A stretch of 64,000 nucleotides of DNA from Candidatus Latescibacterota bacterium (GCA_965248755.1 OZ252149.1:1280001-1344000), one strand, 5' to 3'. Numbered from the stretch's first letter, positions 39,630 to 50,304 are shown. Program-made: numbers and translations. Notes: generated from the sequence alone by a model not told the origin.

Positions 39630-41471
39630 GTGAAGAGACACGCCCTCTTGTTCATATCCCTGCAGATCAGCAGGGCTGCCCTGTCTCCCCCCATTAAATC
39701 TATCGGGCGTTACTGTCTTCTGTCTGCTTTAATCGTGCTTGCAGGTTGCGCCAGTCCTGCCAAAAAACACTACCGAGCCGGAAGTGAATACCATTCCAGA
39801 GGTCTTTTGGACGAAGCCATATCCGAATACCGGCAGGCTCTCGACATACAGCCCGAATACGCCAGAGCGCAGTTCCATCTGGCAAATGCCTACTCAGATA
39901 AGGGTCTCCTGAACGAGGCTGTATCGGAGTATAAGAAGGTACTTAAGAGGTATCCCGGATATGCAGAAGCCCACTATAACCTCGGGCTGGTATATGCCTT
40001 AAAGGGCCTACTGGACGAAGCTATCAAAGAGTACGAAAGGGCGCTGTGGATATATCCGGATTTCGTGGAAGCTCACTACGGCCTTGGAGAGGTTTACAGA
40101 CAGAAGGGACAACTAGACCGAGCCGAAGCAGGATACAGAAGGGCACTGAGGCTCTACCCAGGTTTTGCTGAAGCTCACCACGGCCTTGGAGAGGTTTTTA
40201 GAAAGAAAGGATGGTCTGACCGTGCTATTTCAGAATACCAGACCGCCATCGGCATACGTCCCAGCTACGAAGAAGCGCACTATGGCCTTGCGTTAGTGTT
40301 CGCAGACAAGGGACTTCTGAAAGAATCCATCGCGAGATATCAAAGGGTGCTAGAGCTGGATCCCAATTTCGTCCAGGCTTACCTCCAACTTGGAAACGCC
40401 TACAAGAAAGAGGGACTCCTGGATCGGGCTACAGATAGCTATAGAAAAGCAATAGACCTTTATCCTGATTACGCTGAAGCCCACAGGGAATTAGCTGATG
40501 CCTACAGACGAAATGGGATGGCCAACGAGGCACTTGAAGAATATAGGATCTACCGGGAGAAAGAGCTCCTTTACAGAGCCAGACCGCACAACAGCTTGGC
40601 TCTTTCCTACGCCAACAACGGCCTTATGGATGAAGCTATAAAGGAATGGAAAGAAGCATTAGAAATATATCCCGGCTACGCCGAAGTCCATAACAACCTT
40701 GGAAACGCTTATCTGCAGAGGGGTACAATCGAGGAAGCTATAAGAGAATACAAAAACGCCATAAGGATCGAGCCGAGCCTCGCCTTAACGCACAGCAATC
40801 TCGGAAGCGCATACTCCCAGAAGGGGTTGTTGGACGAGGCAATAGTAGCATGGAAGGAAGCAGTAGAGATTGAACCTAACTACGCCGGAGCCCACTATAA
40901 CCTTGGAAACGCCTACTCCCAAAAGGGGATGATCAACGATGCTATAGAGGAATACAGAAAAACTGTGGAGATAGATCCAAAACAGGTGCTGGCACACAAC
41001 AACTTAGGGGTAAAATACTATTACAAGGCCCGATACGATGAGGCTATATCGGAATTCCAGAAAGCCCTATCTATTGACTCCAGCTATGTAAACGCCCAGT
41101 CTAACATAGGGGACATATATAAACACAGAGGAATGTACAACGTTGCCGTAGCTGAGTTTCAAAAAGCCCTGAAGATGAATCCCCACTACGGCTACGCTTA
41201 TGGCAGATTGGCCTCCATCTACTACATCCAGGGTCTATACGAACAGGCCCAGTCAGCCCTAGAGGAGGCAGAAAAGTTCCAGGACGATCCCTGGGCATCC
41301 TACAGCATCGGGTGCTACTACTCCCTCAAACGCGACCTACAGACGTCCCTTATGTGGATCAAACGGGCAATTGATCTTGGGCTTAAAGACTTCGAATGGA
41401 TGAAGCACGATAAGGACTTAGACTTCATAAGAGAGGAACCTGAATTTAAGGAGATGATCGCATCAGAGTAA
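39630..41471 (+). CDS. TPR-repeat lipoprotein
   Basis: Lipobox VLAGC; about 15 34-aa TPR units; C-terminal YSIGCYYSL...DKDLDFIR cap. Confidence 0.92.
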   Translation: MKRHALLFISLQISRAALSPPIKSIGRYCLLSALIVLAGCASPAKKHYRAGSEYHSRGLLDEAISEYRQALDIQPEYARAQFHLANAYSDKGLLNEAVSEYKKVLKRYPGYAEAHYNLGLVYALKGLLDEAIKEYERALWIYPDFVEAHYGLGEVYRQKGQLDRAEAGYRRALRLYPGFAEAHHGLGEVFRKKGWSDRAISEYQTAIGIRPSYEEAHYGLALVFADKGLLKESIARYQRVLELDPNFVQAYLQLGNAYKKEGLLDRATDSYRKAIDLYPDYAEAHRELADAYRRNGMANEALEEYRIYREKELLYRARPHNSLALSYANNGLMDEAIKEWKEALEIYPGYAEVHNNLGNAYLQRGTIEEAIREYKNAIRIEPSLALTHSNLGSAYSQKGLLDEAIVAWKEAVEIEPNYAGAHYNLGNAYSQKGMINDAIEEYRKTVEIDPKQVLAHNNLGVKYYYKARYDEAISEFQKALSIDSSYVNAQSNIGDIYKHRGMYNVAVAEFQKALKMNPHYGYAYGRLASIYYIQGLYEQAQSALEEAEKFQDDPWASYSIGCYYSLKRDLQTSLMWIKRAIDLGLKDFEWMKHDKDLDFIREEPEFKEMIASE

Positions 41472-41693
41472 GCGATCTCTGTCTGTGAGGAGATAAAGCT
41501 TCTATCTGTTGTGTGGCTGGTCGCTCTCGCCCACTCCTGTAAGATATACGGAGAATACCCCGACACTACGTCATATACCTACCCCATCGGCTAAACGGGC
41601 AGGAAAGCCTGTCAAATCAGCAACAAATGATTACATATTGTACAACTTGCACCGACCACGATGATTTTGAGTGTTTACTCCTTCAGCTTTTGT

Positions 41694-41765
41694 GCCTAAC
41701 AACCAAGCTCTCCAGCCGTTATGCAACGTAGCGGAAAAGCGGTGGGGCGCGTGGTCATGTTATGT
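41694..41765 (-). other. Integron attC site
   Basis: Minus strand ACATAAC ... GTTAGGC; similar to the attC at 42685-42756. Confidence 0.65.
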
Positions 41766-41989
41766 TTTTCTGTTAATTGTAGCGGAAGTAACCCATCAGA
41801 AGGGGTAAAGTGTCTGCATGTGCTCTATCTGTCCAAGAGAGTGCATCGTGTTCTTCAAATAGTTCCTATTTCTTTGGTGACGAGAACTTTGATCAAAATA
41901 TGTTGCCTAATCTATAGCAAAACTATACAATATGATCCCATTTAACCCATAATTGGCGTTTTCGGACGACTTCTACTGTAGCAACTATT

Positions 41990-42598
41990 TCACAAGGCTT
42001 TTAATGATATTTCAATTTTTGGAGCGATATCAAGATCCTTATTGGGTTCTCGTATAGGTTTGATGCTTCTGAGTTCGACTATCATTTCAATAACGACATT
42101 TCTGAATGTATTAATTTCAAACATGATTTCTTCAGGTTTTTTTCCACCATATCTATCGTTGCGCACAAACAGCGTAATTTTATCAGTCTGCCAATCTCCT
42201 CTATATCCATAATCAGCCCTCCAATGAGCTGGTTGAGAAAAGTACCGAAAAGAATTTAAAAAATATTGTCGTACATGTGTCGGATCTTCAAAAGCATCAT
42301 TACTTGAACCGAATGGAAGCTTAAAAGTTGCCTTAGCATCTTTTATCGAAATTCTGTGGAGTTCTTGCATAAATGAGAGAGGGTTATGCAAGTGTTCAAT
42401 TACATGGCTCGCAAAAAATTCTTCGATGTAATTTTCTTCAAAAGGTAAAGGGGTGTGTTTGCAATCATCCAAATCAGCCACGATATCTACGCCTTCAAGT
42501 TCAGCGGAGTCCAAATTAATCCATCCATCTAGTATATTTCTTCCACATCCTAAATGTAGTTTCCTCATTTTATCTTTAACATATTTATGTTGATTCAT
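41990..42598 (-). CDS. SAM-dependent methyltransferase (cassette)
   Basis: LHLGCG, WINLD, ASHVIEH, DPTH; low GC. Confidence 0.85.
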   Translation of the reverse strand: MNQHKYVKDKMRKLHLGCGRNILDGWINLDSAELEGVDIVADLDDCKHTPLPFEENYIEEFFASHVIEHLHNPLSFMQELHRISIKDAKATFKLPFGSSNDAFEDPTHVRQYFLNSFRYFSQPAHWRADYGYRGDWQTDKITLFVRNDRYGGKKPEEIMFEINTFRNVVIEMIVELRSIKPIREPNKDLDIAPKIEISLKAL

Positions 42599-42684
42599 TT
42601 TTCCCCTCTCGCAATTTGCAGCCATGTTAATGACAGCATGAACACTGCTAGCTTGATAATTCTATTTCTAACACATCTTACGAA

Positions 42685-42756
42685 AGCTAACAACCAAGCT
42701 CACCAGCCGTTATACAACGTACCGGAATAGCGGTCAGGTGTAGCGCCTTGTTATAT
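42685..42756 (-). other. Integron attC site
   Basis: Minus strand ATATAAC AAGGCGCTACACCTGACCGC ... CGGCTGGTGAGCTTGGTT GTTAGCT, 5 nt after a stop codon. Confidence 0.8.
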
Positions 42757-42760
42757 TTCA

Positions 42761-43558
42761 TTATTCTCGAATCGAAATAATTTCCATTCCAATTCTATAT
42801 CTTTCGCTTATGCTATAAGTTAAGGGGTTAAATCCATGCTCAGTTAATAATGAATAAAGGAGCTTCCGTCCAAAATTATGGTAATGCTCTATTTCTATCC
42901 AATATGGATTCTTGTTTTCTTTGGTTAAGGCCTTCCAAAGAAACGAATCCATATTAGGACACGATATGAACAATACTCCCCCTGGTATTAACAATTTATG
43001 AGCATGAGAAAGTGCTTCCCTTGGGTACGGCATATGTTCCAAAATGTCGGCCATCGAAATTACTGTAAAGCTGTTAAATTGTTTAAAATCTTTTAATTCC
43101 ATGCAGTGAGCTTCAAATTCTAGTTGCTTCATTTTGTCTACAGCTATTTGGCGAAGATCAATACCAACTGGCTCAAAACCATATTCTTCACATGTTGTCA
43201 TTAATGAACCGTTACCAAAACCAACATCCAACCATTTACCTTTCTTGCCATTTAAGATAGAAGATACTTTATCAATCATTCTTGCATAAAAATATCGAAA
43301 CTTCTCAACATCCTTAACATTAAATAACTGATAGTCATGGGTTTTGCTAAAAAGAATATCTGTCGCCTCTTTAGTAAAGTATCCATCTGCAAAACTGTGA
43401 CCACAGGTATTACATTGCTGCCAGTTTATAAATCCAGGAAGTTCCGAATTGTATAGAGGGTAAGACCGACAGTCAGCAGAAATCGACAAATTAAAACTTG
43501 TAGACTCACACAAAGGGCAACATCTATACAGTTGCCTGGACTTTTCGATTAATGGCAT
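42761..43558 (-). CDS. Class I SAM-dependent methyltransferase with N-terminal Zn ribbon (cassette)
   Basis: CPLC, CNTC, LDVGFGNG, MADILEH, LIPGG, EHYHNF. Confidence 0.88.
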   Translation of the reverse strand: MPLIEKSRQLYRCCPLCESTSFNLSISADCRSYPLYNSELPGFINWQQCNTCGHSFADGYFTKEATDILFSKTHDYQLFNVKDVEKFRYFYARMIDKVSSILNGKKGKWLDVGFGNGSLMTTCEEYGFEPVGIDLRQIAVDKMKQLEFEAHCMELKDFKQFNSFTVISMADILEHMPYPREALSHAHKLLIPGGVLFISCPNMDSFLWKALTKENKNPYWIEIEHYHNFGRKLLYSLLTEHGFNPLTYSISERYRIGMEIISIRE

Positions 43559-43699
43559 TATTCAATCTCTTGTAGGTATAGAGGTAGAAGATATTGAAAA
43601 TGTCCACCTGAACTATACATGTTATGTCTCTGTCGACTTCAGATTCCTTCTATGCACAATATGACGATAATATTGGATACTGAAATCACACTAATAGTA

Positions 43700-43779
43700 T
43701 AGAAACGCGCATCACTTGCTCCGAGGAGTCCACGCGAACGACGGCTATCTCGGAGTCGATATGCATGCGCTGCTTATGT
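43700..43779 (-). other. Degenerate attC site
   Basis: GCGCAT..CTCCGAG / CTCGGAG..ATGCGC stem with decayed R boxes, just after the oxidoreductase stop. Confidence 0.5.
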
Positions 43780-43796
43780 CTTTCTTATCTTGGCGT

Positions 43797-44828
43797 TCAT
43801 CCGCCAAATTCAGTTGTTCCATCCGGTTTCGATACAATTGCCTCAACGACAGCCATCGTCTTCAGCGCGTCTTCAGCAGAGGGGTAAGGCTCACGGTTCT
43901 CCAGGATTGCGTCCACGAACTCTCGGATTTCGCCGGCAAAGCCCTGGAAGAAGTGTCGCGTCTGCCCCATGTTCGGGATTCCATAGTCTGGACGCCAGAC
44001 GCGTATGTCGTCCAGATCGAACTCAGGAGCCACTTCTGGCAGACTCGGAGCCAGGACATCAATGCCGTCGCGTCCCTGCCTGTGAACCTCCATATGGTGT
44101 ACATTGTCTACCACGATCAGGGCGTTCTTCCCGTCGAGTATCCCAGAGATTTCCACGCGCTCCTGAATCCGGGGCTGCGACGAGTCGAGCATGAGTTGAG
44201 CGACCTTTCCTGACCGGAAACGAAGCGTCACGGCCAGAGATAGAGTCCGACTTAATTCGACAAGGTGGGAAGTTACACTTGACACCTCCCCGAAAAAGCT
44301 GATTGCAAGATCAATGGCATGACAACACATGTCCAGAACCATTCTCCGGAGATCGGTGTTTGGCCAGTGTCCGTACTTGAGAAACCCCATCGCTGGTTCG
44401 AATTGCCCCGTCTCGATTAGGTGTCTCACCTTGACGTAGGTCATGCCGTGGCGCTTCACGAAACCAGCCATGATGAATACGTTATTCTTCCGCGCCAGAT
44501 CAACAAGCTCCTGAGTCCGTCTCAAGTCAGGAGCAGGGGGTTTCTCGACAAAAAGATTCAAGCGGCAGGCAAGCACCTTTTTGCCGATCTCGTAGTGCAT
44601 TTCGGATGGCCCAACGACGAGAACCCCATCTAAATCGCTCTCGGATAGCATCTTCTCAACGTCGACGTAGTACGAGGATGCACCGAATAGCCGAGCGTTT
44701 CGTGCCGCAAGCTCTTCATCCAGATCGCATACAGCCTCCAAGCTACACCTCGCATATCGGAGCATCGGGTACAAGTTGTTTGTGGCATGGGTTCCGCAGC
44801 CAACAAAGCCTATCTTTGCATGAGTCAT
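43797..44828 (-). CDS. Gfo/Idh/MocA oxidoreductase
   Basis: IGFVGCG, FVEKPPA, AGFVKRH, HAIDL. Confidence 0.9.
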   Translation of the reverse strand: MTHAKIGFVGCGTHATNNLYPMLRYARCSLEAVCDLDEELAARNARLFGASSYYVDVEKMLSESDLDGVLVVGPSEMHYEIGKKVLACRLNLFVEKPPAPDLRRTQELVDLARKNNVFIMAGFVKRHGMTYVKVRHLIETGQFEPAMGFLKYGHWPNTDLRRMVLDMCCHAIDLAISFFGEVSSVTSHLVELSRTLSLAVTLRFRSGKVAQLMLDSSQPRIQERVEISGILDGKNALIVVDNVHHMEVHRQGRDGIDVLAPSLPEVAPEFDLDDIRVWRPDYGIPNMGQTRHFFQGFAGEIREFVDAILENREPYPSAEDALKTMAVVEAIVSKPDGTTEFGG

Positions 44829-44900
44829 AGCTTCTCCTTAAATCTGCGCGCCAGACCTTGGCGAGCTAAGTCATATAACCGTAGGGGTTCCGCGCTCAGG

Positions 44901-46028
44901 TCAAGCGAGTGACCACCGAGTCGCCACGAGGGTGGGCTTCTCATCTGACGGCACGAGTTGGTAATAGACGGTCAGCATCTCCCCCGGTTCGAGTTCCACG
45001 GTCGAGGGATAGCCCAGATCTACGCTCGTGGCATCGTCGCGGAGCACAATCTCGTTGTCCACGTCCCACGTGGCGCAGCCGTCATGGCTCATAGAGGCGC
45101 GCTGTCCCATCGGTTCGCGGCGGTACCCGTAGCTGGCCAGCACGTCGCCGCAATGAAGGCGGAGCAGATGGGCCGGATAGCCCCAGATGGGCGTCGGCCT
45201 GATCACGCTCCATGTCTTGCCGTCGTCGTTGCTTTCGCACTGATGCAGAAAATGCTGGGAGGCATCTTTGTCGCTCGGGGTGTGCCTCCACATACAGACG
45301 ATCCGCCCGTCGTCTACTTCGACGGCGTGTGGCTCGCTAAAGGTGTGAGTTTCGCCGAACCTCTTATCTACGGGCATGGTCCCGATCAGGCTCCATGACT
45401 GTGCCTCATCGGTCGAAGCGGCACAAGCCAGAGTCCTTGCGCCTTCGCCACCCTCGTCTGTGATGATTCCGACCAAACGGAGACTCCCATCGCTAAGCTG
45501 GATCGGACCGTGCGGCGTCATCACGATTGATCGCACCGGTTCTTCCCAGGTTCGTCCCCCATCAGTCGATCGTCGGGTATAGGGTTCGTGGATCTTGGTT
45601 CCAACCCACTGCTTTCGGACGTCGTCGGGAATCTTGTCACAATGCCTCCGCCAGGCCTCCCACTCCTTTGGCGTGGGCCAGAGACCCCACTCCTTGTTTG
45701 GTACGGGGCCGCGGTAATTCTCCAGGACCTCGCGGGTGTCAGTGACGAACCAGCTCATGACCAACGTTCCTGATGTTAGTGCGACAATGCCGGTGTCGCG
45801 GTCGTCCAACGGCGTGTTGTTTACAGTCTCGGCCGCCGACCACGTCTCGCCTCCATCGCTGCTACGGATGAGCTGGCTCTTGCCGTAGGGGCAATGATGA
45901 GTCTCACGGTCGCCGGAGAAGATGGCCAGGCTCTCGCCGTCTGCCGTCTGCGTCACTGTTGGGAAGCCGATGAAGTCGCCGGGTTGCCGGCATATCACCT
46001 TGTGCCAATGGATGGCGGTCCGTATCAT
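44901..46028 (-). CDS. BNR/Asp-box sialidase-family protein
   Basis: Asp boxes SSDGGETW, STDGGRTW, STDEAQSW, SNDDGKTW, SHDGCATW; DLGYP. Confidence 0.88.
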   Translation of the reverse strand: MIRTAIHWHKVICRQPGDFIGFPTVTQTADGESLAIFSGDRETHHCPYGKSQLIRSSDGGETWSAAETVNNTPLDDRDTGIVALTSGTLVMSWFVTDTREVLENYRGPVPNKEWGLWPTPKEWEAWRRHCDKIPDDVRKQWVGTKIHEPYTRRSTDGGRTWEEPVRSIVMTPHGPIQLSDGSLRLVGIITDEGGEGARTLACAASTDEAQSWSLIGTMPVDKRFGETHTFSEPHAVEVDDGRIVCMWRHTPSDKDASQHFLHQCESNDDGKTWSVIRPTPIWGYPAHLLRLHCGDVLASYGYRREPMGQRASMSHDGCATWDVDNEIVLRDDATSVDLGYPSTVELEPGEMLTVYYQLVPSDEKPTLVATRWSLA

Positions 46029-46212
46029 AAGTCCTCACTCCTCATTGCCAATAGATCAAATAAACAGACATTTTCGCCATTTGACATCCCCCGGCTCCGT
46101 CGCCGGGTCTCTGAGCCCCCAGTTTAACTCCCCTTCTCCATGGAACGAGTTCTCTTCCGGCCTGGTATCAAGAGTGTAGTTCTTTGCACTGTCATCTATG
46201 GACTTCCCTCCA

Positions 46213-46275
46213 GCCCAACGTCTTGCTTTACGGTGGGCGAGTCCAGCACCGTACCGTGCACGCATCTTGTTAGCT
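46213..46275 (-). other. Integron attC site
   Basis: Minus strand AGCTAAC AAGATGCGTGCACGGTACGGTG ... CACCGTAAAGCAAGAC GTTGGGC. Confidence 0.7.
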
Positions 46276-46755
46276 TTCCGTCTACTTTTTAACCGATCGC
46301 GGTAGACTCCGGGAGATAAGCCTTTGATCTCAACTGCACCTACCGCTTTTGCGTAGAAATCAGCAGGACCAACCCCGCCTATGATTGCGTAACCGTATCC
46401 GTTTGCCGCCATAGCGTGTAGACAGCACAGTAACAATGCTTTGCCAATTCCGCAAGAGAGCTTCTCTTCGACAACACCTGTGGGTCCGAAGAAATTCTTG
46501 CAGGTGCAGTCATAACAGGCAATACCTATGATCTCGCCTTCCTCTGTGGCTAGAAAACAGGAAATGGGATGGTTACTGAAAGCAACGTCGCTTTCACTTG
46601 TCCACTCACCGACAAATTTGCCGTCGACCCATTTGATCACCTCGGATTTTTCGTAGGACATCGCACGACGGACACCTACCCCCTGTTCCCTTAGACCCTT
46701 GAATAGAAGGCTCTACTGCGGGGAGATCATACAACTTCACCAGCATATCAAACAT
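46270..46755 (-). pseudogene. GNAT acetyltransferase cassette with in-frame TAG
   Basis: MFDMLVKLYDLPQ*SLL...; FFGPTGV, GIGKALL, GYGYAIIGGVGPADFY. Confidence 0.8.
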
Positions 46756-46784
46756 ATGGCTCAGGCCTCCCATTAATTTTCAAA

Positions 46785-46882
46785 GGCGAACTATTAGTTA
46801 ACCAAAATAACTTTCAGTTATCATAACTTAGATAATGATTGAAACCAATTTCCAATTTATTGTTATACCCTTTGAAAGTCAA
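46785..46882 (-). promoter_or_regulatory. attI-like site with Pc-like promoter, copy A
   Basis: TTGACT-N17-TAAATT (46882-46854) upstream of GGTTAAC-TAATA-GTTCGCC (L box, 5 bp, R box). Confidence 0.6.
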
Positions 46883-47283
46883 CCATATTAATTCATGTCT
46901 AATTTTGAAACAAATAGTGCAAACTCCGATATTTTGGTACTGCTTTCCTTGACAGAGCGACAAGAATTTTGCAGTAGGGATACCCCTCCCATGTCTGCTC
47001 AAAATAGCATTCCTTCAAATGTTTATTGACAACTTTCTGTTTTATGCTTAAGCTGTTGGCACAGCAATGGAAGGAAACATCTATTACAAGAAGACCAATA
47101 TGGAGGTTGAAATATGACTTATGACTTGCTTGTCAAAGGCGGGATGCTCGTCGACCCTGCACTGAAGCTCCACGCGAAAAAGGACGTGGCTTTTACAAAT
47201 TCCGTCGTTTCCACTGTCGGTGATGATCTGCCTAAGACGGAGGCGCGCGAGGTGCTGGACGCAAGTGGTCGAATCTCACGCCA
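46792..47283. repeat. About 490-bp direct repeat, copy A (copy B at 50312-50805)
   Basis: attI-like region, IS3 left-end remnant (46936-46973), TTGACA-N17-TAAGCT promoter and first about 55 codons of the amidohydrolase. Confidence 0.9.
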
Positions 47284-47482
47284 TGCTGGTTTGGGGAAGT
47301 CCTTCTCCTTGCGGTAGAAATACGTTGGCTGCGAAAGCCCTTCGAACGAACGATCCCGGATCATCTCTGCCCACAAGCCAGGGATCAGGTCATTTATAAA
47401 CTCCACAGAATTGACCATAATTGAAGGGACTGATGGTCCCGTCAAAGACAGGATTCCGTGTAATCTTGATCTGCGAATTCAT
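47284..47482 (-). pseudogene. 5' fragment of GH51 alpha-L-arabinofuranosidase-like cassette
   Basis: ISPFNYGQF / EFINDLIPGLWAEMIRDRSFEG across a frameshift, truncated at the repeat. Confidence 0.6.
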
Positions 47483-47530
47483 TAAGAGACCTATTCTCTG
47501 GAGAGGAATGCCAGTTCTACTCTTACTGCT

Positions 47531-47587
47531 GCCGAACGTGTGCTTCAGGCGCGGTTTCCAGCCGTCGGCTGGAAACAGTAGTTATGC
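47531..47587 (-). other. Integron attC site
   Basis: Minus strand GCATAAC (contains stop) ... GTTCGGC, 57 bp. Confidence 0.7.
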
Positions 47588-48469
47588 ATTACCCTGATCG
47601 ACCCAGTCGAGCTCTGCAATCCGGAAGCCCGTCAGATCAGGCAGTAATGCCGCAATGTAGTACCGTCCCCTGTGTTCTATGATCTCCGGTGCGGCAACGG
47701 GCAGTGTCCCCACATAGAAACGATCGTCGTCGATTCCGAAACTCAGCGGGTCAGGCGAGCAGTATTGTGTATTAAGGTTGTCCACCCCATATCTCTTATT
47801 GCGGAACAGACAGAACAATCCCTCGACTTCAACGACGAATGGACATTCACAATTTCCTAACCAACCAGTTTGTCTGGCGGCGGCCCCTCCCGCACACACA
47901 ACAACGGGATCGCTCCAATCGAGGAGATCGGGAGAAGTACGGCAGAAGACGGCTGCCGCCGGCTTTGCGTCTTCCTTGTGCCCCATGTAGTAGCAGTGAA
48001 AAACACCGTCGACCGTCAGAACCATGGGGTCGCGGCTGTTCTCGTACGGCCCGGAAAAGAGGTCGGGTTGGCCGTTTTTACCCAACACGCGCTCGAACGA
48101 TTTTCCGTCCCTGCTCCTGGCAAGGCAAATGCGATTCCAGTCTCCATAGAACATGTAGTACGTGTCGTTCTCTTTGATGACATGTGGGGCCTGAAGGCCG
48201 CCTTCCGTCTCGCCGAGGTCAACCCTTGCCTCCATGGCGACGCCCTTCGGCTCCCAATGCTCCTGCTTTAGGTCTGTTCCCTCCCATCTGTAGAACAGCC
48301 GCGTCTGTCCGCCGCAGGCGGTGTGTCTGATGCAGGACCACAGCTGCCAAGTGCTGTCTTCTGCTTGCCATACTGCGAAATCAACAGGCTGCTGGTGAGG
48401 TGTTCCGTAATGTCTCAGATTAGGATTGCCCGCCACTTGCCACCACTGACTGCTTATCTGAGGCCGCAT
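47582..48469 (-). CDS. Five-bladed beta-propeller glycoside hydrolase (GH43/GH32-like) cassette
   Basis: LQAPHV, RDPMV, ECPFV, AAPEI; GGAGG RBS. Confidence 0.75.
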   Translation of the reverse strand: MRPQISSQWWQVAGNPNLRHYGTPHQQPVDFAVWQAEDSTWQLWSCIRHTACGGQTRLFYRWEGTDLKQEHWEPKGVAMEARVDLGETEGGLQAPHVIKENDTYYMFYGDWNRICLARSRDGKSFERVLGKNGQPDLFSGPYENSRDPMVLTVDGVFHCYYMGHKEDAKPAAAVFCRTSPDLLDWSDPVVVCAGGAAARQTGWLGNCECPFVVEVEGLFCLFRNKRYGVDNLNTQYCSPDPLSFGIDDDRFYVGTLPVAAPEIIEHRGRYYIAALLPDLTGFRIAELDWVDQGNA

Positions 48470-48491
48470 GCTAATTCCTCCTATTCAGAAT

Positions 48492-48553
48492 GCATAACGT
48501 CATGCGGCTAACACGCGCGGTCCTCCGCGTCGGTGTGCAGCCGCTTGTTCGGT
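48492..48553 (-). other. Integron attC site
   Basis: Minus strand ACCGAAC AAGCGGCTGCACAC ... GTGTTAGCCGCATGAC GTTATGC, 62 bp. Confidence 0.8.
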
Positions 48554-48682
48554 AAATATCGTCTGAATATGTTTGAGAAATCGTCCTACATCGGGAACTC
48601 AAGCGGGTACCCGCCGTTTGCCTTGTTATGTCTGACCCAGGAAATTTGACCGCTTTGGTATTGTAGCCGACGCCGAACCGGA

Positions 48683-49591
48683 CTACGCATCGGGTCCATA
48701 AGACGGAATTGTCCAGTTGTGACCCAACGAACGCTGGAAGTCCTGATACTCACTCAGGATGTCATCGCGGCCCAGAAATGTCTTATAAACCAGTCGGCCG
48801 TTCCATTGTCCTTCTGGCTGCTCTGCAGGATCCCTCGCATAGAGGAAGAAATCCCACGCCGGGTTACGGTCCGAACGATCTTCGACAAAGCCACCTCCGC
48901 CCATGCCGTGCGAGATCACGACGCCACGAGGACTTTCAAACATCAACACGAACACCATGTCACCACGGCGGCCCAACATCATCGGAACAGTGTACCGAAT
49001 GGGTGCACGCGATGTATACAATCCGCGGTCATGTGCCCCGAAATGCAAATCGTACGAATCGGCTTCCCAGGTTACCGCACTGTCTCGACCCTGAAACGTC
49101 GTACAGAACTGAATCCACATCAGCGCGTCATAGGCATCCCGACTCAACAGGTAAATAGCCTTGTTCTCCGGTTGATGGATGTAATTGGCAAAGAAGAAAC
49201 CGGCAAATTCCGTGGGAAACGCCCCTGAATCATGCAGGCGATAGCGGAAAGTCCAATCCACGTGGGAAGGGCCTGCCGTCCGATAGGTCATCCAACTCTC
49301 GACATGGTGCGTGGGGGTGGGCGTCTGGTACAGAGTGACCTGACGCAGTTTGTCATCAACGAGCAATTCCGTCGGGTGATCTTTGGGCTCCGTCGCGTGC
49401 GGAGCAGACAAGGGAGCAATGAACTCAAAGTTCATACCGCAAAACCTGGGCACGAACAAGGGTCGACAATCGTGAACTGATGTGATCTGCCAGATGCCGT
49501 TGTATCCTGCTTGGTGGTCCTGATGCGCGGAGTTGTCCCCAATCAGAAGTGACAATTCCTCGGTCTGCAACTGATGAAAATGTTGCGACAT
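48683..49591 (-). CDS. Hypothetical protein, possible beta-sandwich carbohydrate-related fold
   Basis: Long ORF in the array; GYNGIW, FFANYI, GGGG, NPAWDF. Confidence 0.65.
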   Translation of the reverse strand: MSQHFHQLQTEELSLLIGDNSAHQDHQAGYNGIWQITSVHDCRPLFVPRFCGMNFEFIAPLSAPHATEPKDHPTELLVDDKLRQVTLYQTPTPTHHVESWMTYRTAGPSHVDWTFRYRLHDSGAFPTEFAGFFFANYIHQPENKAIYLLSRDAYDALMWIQFCTTFQGRDSAVTWEADSYDLHFGAHDRGLYTSRAPIRYTVPMMLGRRGDMVFVLMFESPRGVVISHGMGGGGFVEDRSDRNPAWDFFLYARDPAEQPEGQWNGRLVYKTFLGRDDILSEYQDFQRSLGHNWTIPSYGPDA

Positions 49592-49706
49592 AACCCCATT
49601 CCTTTCCGTCCGACGAAATAAAGGTCTCTGGAAGAGGGCGGGAGAACCGTGTCTGCTCAAGAGCGATTTCCCCCGCTCTTTTGTTCTCTAGCACCTTGCC
49701 GTTTGA

Positions 49707-49779
49707 GCCTAACGCTTGAACTCATGTGCTATGAATGAGCGCCAGCGAATACATAGTCAGGTGGAGTGATTCGTTAGGC
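49707..49779 (-). other. Integron attC site
   Basis: GCCTAAC ... GTTAGGC, 73 bp, 8 nt after the DinB stop. Confidence 0.8.
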
Positions 49780-49787
49780 AAAACATT

Positions 49788-50288
49788 TCAGCAAGGTCTT
49801 TCTTCAGTTTGTTCTATCATGGCACGAAGCATCTGAATACGTCCAATATGTACCCCAGTATGTCCTACGGTCTGGTAAAGTACCCTGGCAACCGAATTCC
49901 CTTCAAACGAAGACTCAGGAATATTGTGATAGTCGTCATCTGCTAAATTAGAAATAAAATTATGAGTCAGACTACGAACTTGTCGGAACCATTCGTTAAC
50001 CGCATCAACATTGTCTATACGTTTTCGAACAACTTCCGGAGCAGGCCAATCTACACCAAAAATGTCGTATTTTCTGGGAATAATCTCTTCCTCCTTTTGG
50101 GCTTGAAGCAAAACGCCGACATGAAATCGCTCTCTATGTGCAATATGTCCAATATGCACATAGACTTTTCTGATGTGGCACCCCAAAAAAGTTGCTCCTC
50201 GGATAATCCTTCTGTTTCTTTCACTGGATCAGCATACCAGTAAGCCATGCCCAAAAGCCCAATGTGCTGCATCATTCCATTCATTCAT
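49788..50288 (-). pseudogene. DinB-family protein cassette, frameshifted
   Basis: GLSEEQLFW, HIGHIAHRE, HTGVHIGRIQMLR split across frames. Confidence 0.7.
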
Positions 50289-50304
50289 ATTATTGCTCCT
50301 TCTT

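Noticed and set aside
39630..41471. 102-bp periodic DNA repeats as an array
   Set aside because: Explained by TPR protein repeats
41600..41690. CxxC thioredoxin-like cassette remnant (KIIVVGASCTIC) after the last attC
   Set aside because: Too short and lacks a start codon
46714..46716. Pyrrolysine or recoded TAG in the GNAT cassette
   Set aside because: No pyl genes seen, TAG terminates many genes here, and neighbouring cassettes are also decayed
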